From Chlorokybus atmophyticus (Eukaryota > Plantae > Mesostigma and Chlorokybus algae): a stretch of DNA of 64,000 nt. A program made the translations under genes and the position numbers. The notes beneath the pieces are model-generated. The model ran no database searches. It was not told the DNA's origin and saw nothing but the letters and a program-made list of their open reading frames with translations. This document shows positions 30,113 to 42,249 of the stretch, piece by piece. The DNA lies in NCBI GenBank assembly GCA_009103225.1, contig RHPI01000008.1, forward strand, positions 548,015 through 612,014, read 5' to 3'. How positions within the stretch are numbered: position 1 is the first letter of the stretch; each line of letters opens with the position of its first letter.

Positions 30113-31680
30113 CCCTGCCCGCCCTGTGCGAACATGAAATTCATCCCGGACCTCGACCACAATGCCCACTACGCCCCTGGCAGTGCCGCCAACGATCCAC
30201 CAAACGCCACATACCCTCGGCATCACGCCCCTGTAAGGGCATAGCTTGGCGGAGCTATCAATGGTGTTTTCATGCGCAGGGACTGGCATTGCCAGCACTT
30301 GTCAATGGTACGAACTGCCATTGCCACTGTACAAAGGTACCATTTGTATGGTACCTTTTGGCAAAGGCATTCTCGTACTATTGAAATGGCTCAATCAGGA
30401 TATGTATGCAAAGACTTACTTGGGACGTGCAATGGCTCGATCGTACCATAATAATGGTACGACGGAGCCAGTGAATGGCGGCCAAGTTTTCCGCCTCTGG
30501 CATGCAAGGGTAGCGGTGGCGGTGGCGGTGGCGGCGGGTGTGCGTGTTGCTGGATATGATGCAGCTTACATTGGCGACACATGTGTCGACGTCAGTAGTG
30601 AGATATGGGGGTCCTTTGTCCGTGTTGCCACATGCGCTTCGCCACAAGCAGCTCGGTCCACATGCACATTGTTAGCAGCAGGGTGTGCAAGCAAATCAAG
30701 CTGTATGTCGGCCAGCGTTCATTACAGTACGATGCGGGTCATGTTGAACCGGGGTGTTCGATCCAAGATGCGCACATGCTTGATGCTGAAGGATTCCTCC
30801 AAGAGACACACGCACAGCAGCAATAGGAGGAGGAGGAAGTGAACGAGGGCTTTCGATGTGTGCGTGTGCCTAAGAAACCTGTAGCACGCCAACACGGAAG
30901 TGGAGGCATCTTTTTGCACGCGTCGGAATTCAGGTGGTATGGCTCGGAGCATGCTCTTGCAGTGGCATTCGTGCATTGCAACAACGGCCAAGGCCTGTCG
31001 GCCTCCGACATGGGGCGGATCATTAAGTACATCCGAAATGCACACTTGCTGACGGAAGAGCTCCAGTGGGAGAACGGTGTGCATGTGGCCAGCTACCTCC
31101 GGACCACGATTGCTTTCTCTGAGTCTGAGATGTGTTCACAGTGTGCGGTGCATATACTTCAACTATCAGAGCCATGTCACATATGCACATGCGAGTGTGC
31201 TGCCATATCAGAACTACGTGACGGCTGACCTGCGCAAGCCTGGAGACCTTGAGGATCAGGACATCAGCGTCACATATATGCCGGCCAAGGTCTGTGAAAT
31301 GCAGTACCTGATGCAGTATCGATGCAGTATCTATTGTGAGGCCAGCATGCCTGTTAATGCTCTTGGTTGGAGCAGGTATGGCTCGCGCGGTTGTATGGCA
31401 ATCCACATGCCGCTAATGGCTTCAATCTCCAGTACGGTGGTGACGAGCACAGCTTTGGCCATCCTTCCACGGGCGATTGGTGGAAGGATGTGGAGGTGGA
31501 CTTGATGAGGGAGGTGGGGGAAGCGTCCTACTTGGCGCCTGCCATTCTGTACAGTGACAAGACCACACTGGACAGCGCGGGCAAGCGCTCTGGCTACCCT
31601 CTGATGGCATCGCTTGCCAATTACAGTTGGGACATGTATGCTAGCAACATGTCCCAAGCGACATTGCACAATGCAGTGCT
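30113..31680 (+). mobile_element. DNA transposon remnant: C2H2-like Zn finger plus Plavaka-type transposase N-terminal core, pseudogenised and 3'-truncated
   Basis: CPCCHMRFATSSSVHMHIVSSRVC from ATG 30605, with an in-frame TAG at 30824-30826. Spliced continuation ISVTYMPAK|VWLARLYGNPHAANGF...HPSTGDWWKDVE...LAPAILYSDKTTLDSAGKRSGYPLMASLAN fits the Plavaka TGxWW...PxIxxSDKT...G...(Y/W)PxxxSLxN signature. The left boundary is inferred from the 47-bp match to 37358-37404. Confidence 0.75.
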
Positions 31681-32300
31681 GCCGGTCGCACTGCATGCGT
31701 GTAGCAGAGAGGGGCGGGGCAGAGGGGCCCTGCCACATTAGCAGCTGCAAGGGTTGCAGTCAAGGCGACGGCAACCGAAGAGAAGGAGGAGGAGAGGGAG
31801 ACGGAGGAGGGAGAGAGAGAGGGGAGGAGGGACGGAGGGAGAGGGCGGGGGAGGGGGACACGTGGGCATGCTGCATGCTGCGTTAAAACTGCTGCACCGC
31901 TACAGCGAGTGACAACCGTTATTGACGCTGCTGTCGTCGTGTTGTACAGGTAACTATGGATTGTGTGCGTTGGTTGCATGGCATGCATGACTGACGGGGT
32001 GGTAGCGGTAGTGGTGATAGGTGTAGAGATAGGATAGTGTGACGGGTGATAAAATAGCCCAGTGGTGTTCTATTGACTGAGTGATGTTGTGTGCGATGCG
32101 TGTGTTGTGCATGTGGTGCATGTCGTGCATGTGGTACAATATATATAGGATGCAGAGATTGTGGCATGTATCACAATGTGAGGCATGCATTGCACACCAC
32201 ACACAACAGCACACAACACTTACATTCACCACCGGGTGCTCTTCCTACTTACTACCTACCTAACTTCACTACTAGCTCAAACCCCGTTAGACAAGCATGC
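31680..32300. mobile_element. Two Penelope-like 3' fragments in tail-to-tail orientation (31680-32130 on +, 32135-32300 on -)
   Basis: 31680-31955 is the reverse complement of about 27163-27490 (ttacctgtacaacacgac...tgtagcggtgcagcagt, cagggcccctct). 32135-32285 is a direct match to about 26990-27140 (gattgtggcatg...attcaccaccggg). Confidence 0.7.
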
Positions 32301-33449
32301 ATGCACGCGCATCACCTGCACCACGGCCGTTGGTGTGCATGTGTGTGGGCATGCGTTGCACGCAGTCAATCCCCTCCCTGGGGTCCATGCAGTGACTGAC
32401 ATCGTCATCCAAATCAACTTCAAGAACGCCATTTGCAGTCCCTGCCTCCATCAGCCGTGCAACTTCTCCCACAACTGCTGTGCAGCTCATTAGGAGCATG
32501 ATGAGATGCAATCAGACCAGCCACTCGTTTGCCGTGCAAAAGCTAATTTATTCACTAAATTGAGAGACGCTGCCACATATGGACCTGTGGTCAGCTGTGT
32601 CCAAACGCTAGCCAAGCCCGCAACCACCTTATTGACTAACGCACTCACACCTTCTCTGCCATGTACTTGACGCAAAGTTATTTACAGCGCATCAAGCATG
32701 ACAACACTAACATTCCCAGCACAGTGCACTCATCTCTGTACATAGTTGACACCGCCTACCACCGAAGTACACAAGCCGCAGCACTGCCAGGTTTGTTCAA
32801 CTTGACTTGGCATGCTCGCCCGCAGACGACTCCGCCACGGTGCCTCCACCTTGCTCACCACCCGCAACCGTTTTCTCGAGCTTCCCGCGTATGGTGTGGT
32901 CATGGATTGTCGCCAAGATCACAGCTGCAAATTAGGGTTAGTGTGCAGGTGCAGAGATCGAGGTTAACAATGGCATGTGCTGCATGGAAAGCAGCTAAAC
33001 TCAACAGCTGATCAACAGAGACATGTGAGCATGCATTAGTGACATGCATCGCTTCAGTGTGGTATCAGCTATACCCAAACGGAAAAAGAAGGTTGCTTGC
33101 ACAAGCGCAGCACTTGAATGCTAACTTGACCCGAGACAGTTCGTGATAAGATGGCAATTTGCTTGCAAAGCTCTCATGCAAGATTTCGCCAAGCCAGACA
33201 TGCTGCGCAAGTGCTGCGAGCCATCAACCCACAACACATACCTGAGACTGCGAATATCGCGGCGATGGCGATGATAGCGACAATGGTGACAAGCGAGGTG
33301 AAGATGACAAATCTGATGCGGAAGAGCGCCAGGGACGCCACGACTGCAATCGCAATTGTCGAAAAGATTGTCGCCGCCGTGATCTTCCCGGTGATGCCAT
33401 GCCCTACGGGCAGCGGAGGTACAGGTGATGACTGTTGTGGAGGAGCCAT
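32287..33449 (-). CDS. Hypothetical membrane protein with two N-terminal hydrophobic helices, multi-exon; 3' exon structure tentative
   Basis: MAPPQQSSPVPPLPVGHGITGKITAATIFSTIAIAVVASLALFRIRFVIFTSLVTIVAIIAIAAIFAVS|gtatgt joins in phase to AVILATIHDHTIRGKLEKTVAGG. Further likely exons EGVSALVNKVVAGLASVWTQL and VVGEVARLMEAG. A probable non-coding first exon lies near 34080-34200. Confidence 0.5.
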
Positions 33450-34347
33450 TCTCTTGCAGCGTTGAGGCTTGCAAAATCTGCACACAGAACCTTCTCAGCA
33501 TGCAAGCCCAACGGAACCAGTGCATTGATGTGGTGGACAGGTAAACTGCAAAATCCCCGTCATGACAACCACAAAGCAGGGCAAAACAACGCACAGCCGA
33601 AGCAAGGCAGCAGAGATGGAAGGTTGTCATGCACGACAAGTGATCATGCTGGAGAAGGAAAGCAAACCTCAGCCATAGGGTATAGGCCAACAAGAGCGTT
33701 GCATGCAGCAAGCTGCATGGTTTGAACGATTTGCTGGAAGAAGTCTGTCATCTGCCTTTTTACTTAGCACCATGCAGCTTCCCGCAAGAAGTCAACATGC
33801 ACACCTAGCCGTCTAACCTTTAAGCAATGTGTAAGAGACGCCTGCACAGCCCATCAAACCCTGAACGAAAGCGCAAGCCACTGCCAAACTCGGACGGACC
33901 AAGCCAGGGTCGCATGGCCCTAACTACCTTTTTCGGGCAAGGCATAGATTCAGCAGTCAAGCTGTCACTACAGAAAGCTCGACTAAGTTCCTCACATGCA
34001 CACAGGCAGCTGTTGCCATGGCAGGCACACCACGCCCACTGCGAGCAGCTTGCAACAACTTTCCCCGCTAGCCAACAGTACACGTACCTTGCGTGACACG
34101 ACAGGCGCAAGCACGCCCGAAGGTACAAACCTCCCTCCTCCGCCTCCTCCTCCGCCGCCGCCGCCCGCTTCACGCAACTACGCCTCACCCACAGCCTGTG
34201 ACTGACAGGTCTAGAGAATAAGCTTTCGTTAGGCTTGCGGTTTCCCGCGCTTTGCTTGCGGAGCTAGCTTCTTGCTGCACCCGTGGCAGGCGGCGGCGAG
34301 GCGCACGAAGCAGGAGGGTCGGAGAGTGTCTCTCTGCCGTTTGCAAC

Positions 34348-37172
34348 ATGGACGACGCCGCTGACATGGCTGAGCCCATGGACCAGGAGGGTCCTGAGGC
34401 CACGACAAGGTAAAGGGCAATGGGCAGTTAGCTTTGGTTGAGAAGCGCCAGCGCGAGCCTAAGCGGTGAAGAGTTTGACAAACACAGTGTTGCTCTCAGT
34501 GAATCGCCGTATGACGAGCTGTTGGCGGCGCCTGTGTCCCAAGCGCAGGCGAATGGTCGTCGAGCTCGACGCACCGCCGAGTACATTGCCCATGTGAGAA
34601 ATGCTTGCAAGAATGCTTTTGTTCTAGTTACTTACAACAACAGCAACATTGCAAGTACTCAAAAGTTTGGTTTTCTTTCTTGTGCGCATTATGGGACCCC
34701 GCCAGTTGATTTGTTGCATGCAAGCACTGCATGCACCGTGATCGCATTGCTCTGCTCTCAGCTTTGAGCGCAGCTCTGCAAGCTGGGAGAGGCGCAATGC
34801 GCACGTCCGGTCACAGCGTCTCTTCACGTCGTGGACAATTTCGTGTTGCATGTTATCACGAGGTCATGCATTTGGGGTCTGTTTCGTTCGAGGGCAGCAA
34901 GTGGTCAACCCCTTGTCTTGCGCAGGATGAACGCTTTGTATTGTCAGAGAAGAAGTACACGCAGCAGTATGCACAGATATACTTTCAGCGCTTGATGCTG
35001 TTGCGCCGACTCATGGAGCAGCGAGTGTCCAAACAATGGCCCAATTTGCCAGGTGAACACCGCACAGCGCAGTTTCTTGTCTCACTGTGTCCACTTGTGT
35101 TTTACTTATCGTTGTTGCGTTGGCAGTTAGGAAAATCCTATCATTGGAAGAAGAGGTGGATTGCTGTGTGATTGGCACCTTGTATAAGGAGATGGCATTG
35201 AAGCCGTGCATACTAGACGATTACCTGAAAGATGTGAGTTGCAGTCTCGTGCTTTCCTGAGTCATACAGCCTCCATGCAGGTGCTATTACTGAAGGTTGG
35301 GTATCTGTTAGAGGTCAATTGCACCCCTGGTGAAAGGTACCAAATTTGTCAAGCCAGATGATGCGTTGCACTTGGAGGACGAGAGCGGACGCATGCGGTT
35401 AATTGGTGCTGCCATTGACACGCAGACGCTTGTCTCAGGTAAACTGCAAGCCTGTCACTATCTGTTGCAAGTAACTGCAAGTGTTCATCTAAAATATCCT
35501 GCAGGCATTGTAATAGCTGTGCGCGGGCGAGAGAAGAAGGGTGGAGATTTTGAGGTGTCGGAAGTACTCCTGCCAGAGCTGCCACCGCAGCCACCTCTGC
35601 CATCACCTGGTAAAGTCCTTGTCAGGTGGCTTACAAACTGAACCACATCACGTGTAACTTTGACTTCCGAGCAGGCAAGGATGCGTATGTGGCGATTGTG
35701 TCGGGACTTGGGTTGGGTGGTGCCACTGCGTCACCTTTGCATGCGCAGTTGCTTGTGGACTACCTCACCGGCCACCTTGGGAGTCCACAGGTATAACACA
35801 GACGGATGATTGTGGTCGGGCATGTGTTTCTTACAGCATGCATCGCAGGAACAAGCAATGAGTGCACGCATTGTCCGAGTGATTGTGGCCGGCGACTCTC
35901 TTGGCACATCCGTGAGCTCTGTTGCAGATCCGGTAAGCTGTCGGATGGCACAATGTCATGTCACATAGCCTCTGATGTGGTGTTGATGCAACTGCCAGGT
36001 GATTGGGCCAAAGGTACAATCGCAAGTTGCGGCGCAGCTGCAAGAAGCAGACCTGACCATCACACAAGTAAGTGGCATGTGGGTGCAACTTTGCTATCTG
36101 ATGGACTCACAACCTGTCCGCCTACAGCTAGCAGCTGCGATGCCTATTGATGTACTACCTGGCAGCAATGACCCTGCCAACTATTCGCTGCCTCAGCAGG
36201 TGAAGTGACTTCCGTCAGCTGAACTAGTACTGAACTAGTACTTAAGTACTCCCAAGGTTCCATCATTACTGTCTGAGTCTCTCATCATATATTGAAATTG
36301 TTTACGACTGCCATCTGCAGCCTTTGCATCCTTGCTTGTTTCAAGCAGCCTCTCATTACTCGAGCTACCTTGCTGTAACAAATCCTCACGAGTGCGACAT
36401 TGGTGGAGTCAGGTATATATATACCGTTGAATTGGCCAACAGTCATTTGGAAACGGTTTGTAAGAGGTGATCCAATGCAGGTTTCTTGGCACCTCAGGAC
36501 AAAATGTCGATGATATCTGGAAGTACAGCGCTCAGGAAGATCGGTTGGCACTAATGGAGCTGACATTGCAAGCCCGCCACCTGGCACCAACTGCTCCAGA
36601 TACGCTTGGTATGGGTCTGTTGCATCAATATTGTTTTCAGTCCGAAGCAGGATGCCTTACCATCGTTATGCTCTCCAGCCTGCTATCCTTTCGCCGATAG
36701 AGAGCCGTTCATCATTGAGACATGTCCGCATGTGTACTACACTGGCAATCAGCCATCTTTTGCAACAAAGAAGCTCATGGGTACCAACTCAGTTCTATAC
36801 TTTCCTGTCAAATGTCGTGCGTTCTTGCCTTGTCAATATTGCCAACCCGGTCTTGGGGTCAAATTACAGGACTGGATGGGCAAGAAACGCGGATAGTGCT
36901 TATTCCTCGCTTTGACCAGTCGGGCACTGTTGTGTTGGTAAGTACAGGTTTGTGTTGCCAGATGCTTTGCTCACACTGTAGACACAACTCTAGCAGTAAA
37001 TGCATGAGCTGCTTGTTTGCCTGTACAATTTCAAAGTAGCAATTTCACCAGCTTGCGGGTGTGCGGTTGATGTGTTCACACGATGGGGTGAAGCTAACTT
37101 ATGGTTGTGCAGGTCAATCTGGCAACATTGAAGTGTCATCCAGTCACATTCTCGACTGCACTTGCAGCGTAA
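34348..37172 (+). CDS. POLD2: DNA polymerase delta small (B) subunit
   Basis: [147 protein letters not shown]|VNLATLKC; stop TAA at 37172. Confidence 0.95.
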
Positions 37173-37347
37173 TGTCAAGACACGCTTCCTGCCACTTTCA
37201 CGGCAGCAGATCTTGCAACATTGGCGTTCATTGGGACAACTGTAAGCTGTGCCAAGAGATGATATGGCCTGACTACCGATGCTTGTCATCAATTGTATCA
37301 TTCTTGTCTGCGCTTCATGTCGCACGGGGTGCTTGCGGTCCCCCTAG

Positions 37348-37435
37348 CCCCCCCCCCCCCTGCCCGCCCTGTGCGAACATGAAATTCATCCCGGACCTCG
37401 ACCANNNNNNNNNNNNNNNNNNNNNNNNNNNNNNN
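37348..37435. repeat. C13 tract plus 47-bp sequence identical to 30113-30159, abutting a 31-N assembly gap
   Basis: ccctgcccgccctgtgcgaacatgaaattcatcccggacctcgacca at both 30113-30159 and 37358-37404; Ns at 37405-37435. Confidence 0.92.
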
Positions 37436-37871
37436 CCACCACCACCACACACCCGCCCCTTCACCCCCTCTCTCATGATGACATCTCAAGCATTGTCTGT
37501 TTGTGGTTTGCACCAACATTACAGTGAGCGTATAAGCTTCATGCAGGTGGGCTGTACAGTTGTTCCTGGGCTGGATGGGTACAAATCAGGTCACTTCGGC
37601 TCAATCCAGCACCAATTGGTGTTGGCCTTGCACTGCCAGCGGTTTGACACCAGTAGCAATTCAAAAGTGCATGGCTGAAGTGTGCACCACACACCAGTAT
37701 GCGCATGACACGGACTTGCCATGACTTCCACCAGTGAAAACAGTAGCCTGTAGTGGTGAACTGTGTTCTCTACATGCAACTTGGCTGTGGTTGGCACCAT
37801 GCTCAATTACCACATCTAACCCTAACTGCCCCTTCGTCCCTCACCAACAATGAACAGCGCAATCAGCCAGG

Positions 37872-40800
37872 CTAGAAGTTGCTGCCGGCAGTAGTAGTGG
37901 TGGACACCAGCAGAGGCTCTGAAGTGCGCAGAGTCATTTGCTGCACCTGCTGGTATATGTCGATGCCCACTCGGTCCATCTCCTTCTTCGCAAGGATAAT
38001 CAACTGCGTGCGTCTGCTCCACCTATCCCCCATATTCTGTGCACACAGCGGGACATTGATGAAGCGATCGGTCCAGATTTCAGTCAATGCATTGTGGGAA
38101 TGCTGCAACTCACCTGAAAATTGATCTTGTGCTGCCAGTTGATGGCAATAATCATCCGCTGGTTGTCACCAATATCTCTGATGTTCAACCTGGAGACAAA
38201 GTGGTGAGAACGGCATGAACACAAACGCTAACTTGATGTGCTTTGCAGCCATTCGGTCACTACTCACTTGGCTGTGGGGTAGAACCAGACAGGGTTGGCT
38301 GCCAGGTACTCCGCGACCTTGGCGTGGAGGGCCTCGAGGGCTTCGGGCCGCGTGTGCGCATCAATCGTGAAGGTCGCCTCGTCCCACTGGTGCGCCGACC
38401 GGTTGAGGTTGGATATCGGCTTCAGCAGAAGCGCCGCGTTGGGGTAGTACACCCTGATCACAATGTCAACGTATCAGTCAAATGACACAGATACCAGCAG
38501 AAGCGGTGCTTTTCAGCAGCTTTGCATCCCAACATGTTAGTGATGTCGTACTTCTCGCCGTCAGACTTGAGGAAGACGGTGCTTTGAAGGCGTATCTCGT
38601 CCACAAACATGTGAATGTTGTCTATGATGCAGCGGTCCCCAACATCAAAGGGGTGGACAGAGAAAAGGAAGACGAGGCACTCATACGTGGCCTGTTGATG
38701 CCAAAAGCCACATGCATGCGTATGAGTTGGTCAACAGCTCTGAAGATCAACACACGCATAATCAGCACACCCATTGTAGTGTTGATGTACCTTTGCTGAG
38801 TTGCCGAAAATGAACACAAACAAAAGAACCCAGGAAGACAGCGCCACGAGCAGGGCGCTGACGGCCACACCCATGATGAAGGGACAAACAATGAGCAGTA
38901 CCAAGAACACCGCGAAGTTCAACACATTGTGCAGCTGCGCCACCACACTCTTTGTGTCGCGCAGCGAGAGCGCCAGAGACTTCCTGGCCTGGTACACCTG
39001 ATCATGCGCAGCATGGTTGCAACCTAGAACTACATTGACAATGGTCGGTAAATGATTGGCCGAGCACCAAGCAAAATGGAACCATTGCATATCAGCTTGT
39101 AGCATCACATTACGTAATGCTATGCTGCGTGCCCCATACACTACGTACTGTAGTATGTATCACATACCCATCACTATGATAATCAATGTCAAGTCAACTG
39201 CACCAGACTAGCGTGGACCGATCCAGTATGCAGTATGGCACTTTCATCCCGCATGCAAGCTTCTCAAGCAATATGTAACACATGATGCTGTTGTAACTCA
39301 TACCTTGAGGACCCACAATTTGAGGGCCTCTTTGGTGACAGTCCCTTCGCTGCCAAGTTCGAAGAGTGAGAACGCCTTCTCGCCTCGCTTCTGTCCGAGG
39401 AGTCGCACGACGTCCTCGCGCTTGATGCCGCTCTCGCCGGGGCGGATCATGTTGGAGAAGATCTTCTTTGCGACGACCTTCGCGTCCCGCGAGTTGGAAA
39501 TCTCCGCGGCCTGCGCGTCGGCGCCCTCCTCGCTGCGAAGCACCGAGCAGTACGTCTTGATCTTGTGGTTGCGAACGAACTTGATCATCTTCTTCATCTT
39601 GAATATCGACACCGTCTCTGTGTGTGTTGTGTAGCAACATGCGTGAGCAACTTGCATAAGAGCGACACGCATTGCAGCACCCGACATGCCACTTACCTGA
39701 CGTGTATGTGTCGAGCTTGTCTATAGACATCGGCATGTCTGCGTTATGCAATGGCGTGATAGCGGGAGACCCGTTGCTGCTGGCGTCGTCGAGGTTCAAT
39801 GAAGCTGACAAACAAGAAACAGATAAACGCATGGGTATGGTAACGTGGTATGCGTGTATGCGCGCACAATTGCGTGCATGCGCGCGCGCCTGTGCGTGCC
39901 TATGTGTGTGTGCATGCGTGGCCGGTAAGTGATAACAAGTGCGGTATATACTTGAGCTGTTGTGCTTGGAGTGGTGCGATGTTGTGCGCAATCGCGCGGG
40001 TTTGGGCCTCCTAGCGGCGGACAAGCTCTCAAGCACGTACTGATGGAACAATGACTCCTGTATGCGCTCGAAGTAGTTCTTGACGTGGAACTTGCTCGCG
40101 AGGGATTTTACCGCAAGCACCTTGAGGGTAAAGAGCCCTTGCGCCACCACCAGGCATATGAGCACGCGCTTGATGAAACCCAACTTGGAGTTCACCTGCA
40201 TGGGGATGAGTTTAGGGTGGATTGTACAAGATGTTGTCTTGCATGCATGCGCACATGCACACCTGTGTGTCGAAGAGTATGAGCCATACGGTAAGCACGA
40301 ACACGGCCCACAGCAGCATTCGTACGGGAGCCCTCAGCGCGTACGCATAGTAAACTGCTTGCTTGTGCAGCATGAACTGCGTCTCCACTATCCTCACAGA
40401 TAACTGCGTACCCACGTGTGATGAATACCACAAGACCTCATGACCCAACAACATGTCATGGTGATCACAGGTCACACCACCCAACCTGGACGGTCCATGA
40501 TGATAGCACGCGGCCGCTTGCGACAGAGAGGAGGAGGGCGGCCCAGTGCGGGAGCGGGGTGTCGAGGAAACGGCGGCGCCGAAATTTATTCACTGTGCAG
40601 GCTACCACAACCAGCGCCACCAGTGCAATCAGGATGCCCACCTCCGCCCATTGCAAGAAAGCTCGCAGCCGCGTCACGTCCTTCGACGCCTGCACAGAGA
40701 TGCAGTTGCGTATGTGAGGTGCACATGTACACGCACGTGCACGCAGGTACACAGATACACACGCGCACACGCACAAGCGCAAACCTGAAAGCGTGCAGAA

Positions 40801-41853
40801 CTACGCACGTGCATGCGCGCACAGCAATACACACACATGCGCGTGCACACACGCATGCGCATTACCACATTTGCGACATGCATGCACAAAAACGCCTACG
40901 GCACTCGGGGTACGGACCTTGACGCTGTCTGCATCATCGTCGTCATCTTCATCGGCCTTCTTGCTGCCTTTCATGCTCTGATCTGCAGTGCCTTGCTGCT
41001 GAGCCACGGTGGGCGCAGACACCTTGTCGGGCAGCGATGCCGCGGGGGTCTTGCCTCTCGGGTCATTGTCCTTGTCATCCGCTTGCAACAGAGGGTCCTC
41101 ATCTTTGTCTTTACGATCCTTGACCAGCGTGGCCTCGCTGCGCAGACGTGGTAGCGAAGGGGTCTGCGCGCCTGTTGCATTTGTCGTTGTTGCACTGTCC
41201 GCATCTGTGGTCCCCGTTGTTGATGTTGTTTCCGATGCGGTTGAGGCCTCTTGTGCGTCTTGGCGCGCGCGTGCGTCCAGCAGCACGAAGCCTTGCTGGC
41301 GCAGCACCACATGCAGCTGTGGAGGGGATACACATCAGATTACGAAAAGAGTAACGGTTTCCGTAGATGTATGGCCTTCTTCCATTCATGATCATGACTG
41401 CCGCTTTACTGGCATGCACATGCTTGTTAGTATGCAATTCGGACGTGGTTTGCCGTATTGCAAGGTTGAAAAGGCTGTAGTGGCAACGACCAGCATTCCT
41501 GAACTGTCTCAGCAGTGGACTAGAATCGCATGTAATCCATGGCATCACAATCAAGGGGAGTGACACAAGTGACACGAGTTCCTTTACAAGCGGTAAACTT
41601 ATTGTTTGCTTTAACATAGCGGCTTCCAAACGCAATGTCCCGCGTTTCTCGATTGGAGCACGGTGCTCGTATCGGTTGCTAACACGCCTGAATGGTGTTG
41701 AAGTGCACCCTAATGCAATGCCTTTACAAGACCTACCCAACGCCTTTTGGTCACCAAAAGACTCTGTTTCACTATTACCTCTGGGTTGTCGTCGTCATCG
41801 TCTTCTGTTCCGCCCAGGCTGCCACTCCTGGAGTGCGCCGAGGGCGTTTCCAT
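37872..41853 (-). CDS. MSL: MscS-like mechanosensitive ion channel (plant MSL4-10 type), multi-exon
   Basis: First exon METPSAHSRSGSLGGTEDDDDDNPE|gt. Then KVLAVKSLASKFHVKNYFERIQESLFHQYVLESLS, AKVVAKKIFSNM, SLRDTKSVVAQLHNVLN, FVFIFGNSAK, FVHPFDVGD-type motif (FVDEIRLQSTVFL / HKFDVGDR-like on the minus strand near 38570-38610), VYYPNAALLLKPISNLNRS, RRTQLIILAKKEMDRVGI. Confidence 0.9.
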
Positions 41854-42106
41854 GCGGCTGCTCCACACGCGTCCCCCCCCCCTAACGCTATCGATGACGT
41901 GGAGTCAGCACTACTTGTTGAGTCATATCTGCATCAATGCGACAAACACAATGACTGGCTCCACAGATGACGAGATAGATCTCGCCGCCACCGCCGCCGC
42001 CGCTGCCACCACCGGGGTCGCCGCTTCATGGTTGTCCGTTGGCATGTCACGTGACGGTGCACTTGCAGACAATATAGACCTGCAAATTAAACGTGATTCC
42101 ACAACT

Positions 42107-42179
42107 GGGGATGTAGCTCAGATGGTAGAGCGCTCGCTTAGCATGCGAGAGGTACGGGGATCGATACCCCGCATCTCCA
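42107..42179 (+). tRNA. trnA-AGC: tRNA-Ala, anticodon AGC (IGC), intronless
   Basis: ggggatgtagctcagatggtagagcgctcgcttagcatgcgagaggtacggggatcgataccccgcatctcca: 73 nt, acceptor stem GGGGATG/CATCTCC, anticodon arm ctcgc-ttAGCat-gcgag, short T run about 20 nt downstream. Confidence 0.97.
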
Positions 42180-42249
42180 CTAGCCAATCACCTTTGCTAT
42201 TTTCATCTGCAGTAATGATGTTGTCCCCATTCCATTGATGAGTGTCATC

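Noticed and set aside
30824-30826. In-frame TAG/TAA codons as evidence of a TAR=Gln genetic code or readthrough
   Set aside because: They occur only in decayed TE or pseudogene frames. Conserved genes end at TAG/TAA at the expected positions, and the 4.3-kb SMG1 exon contains none.
26985-32130. Inverted ~500-bp repeats read as terminal inverted repeats of the Plavaka transposon
   Set aside because: The module is the 3' part of the Penelope-like element, also occurs in tandem and alone elsewhere, and cuts the transposase mid-domain.
25740-32300. Hammerhead ribozyme in the PLE repeats
   Set aside because: No intact CTGA(T/C)GA...GAAA core with the required stems was found by eye; only CTGACGGGG-like variants. 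A covariance search is needed.
33750-33775. gcctttttact resembling the U5 snRNA loop I
   Set aside because: Has an extra T and lacks flanking stems or an Sm site; probably chance.
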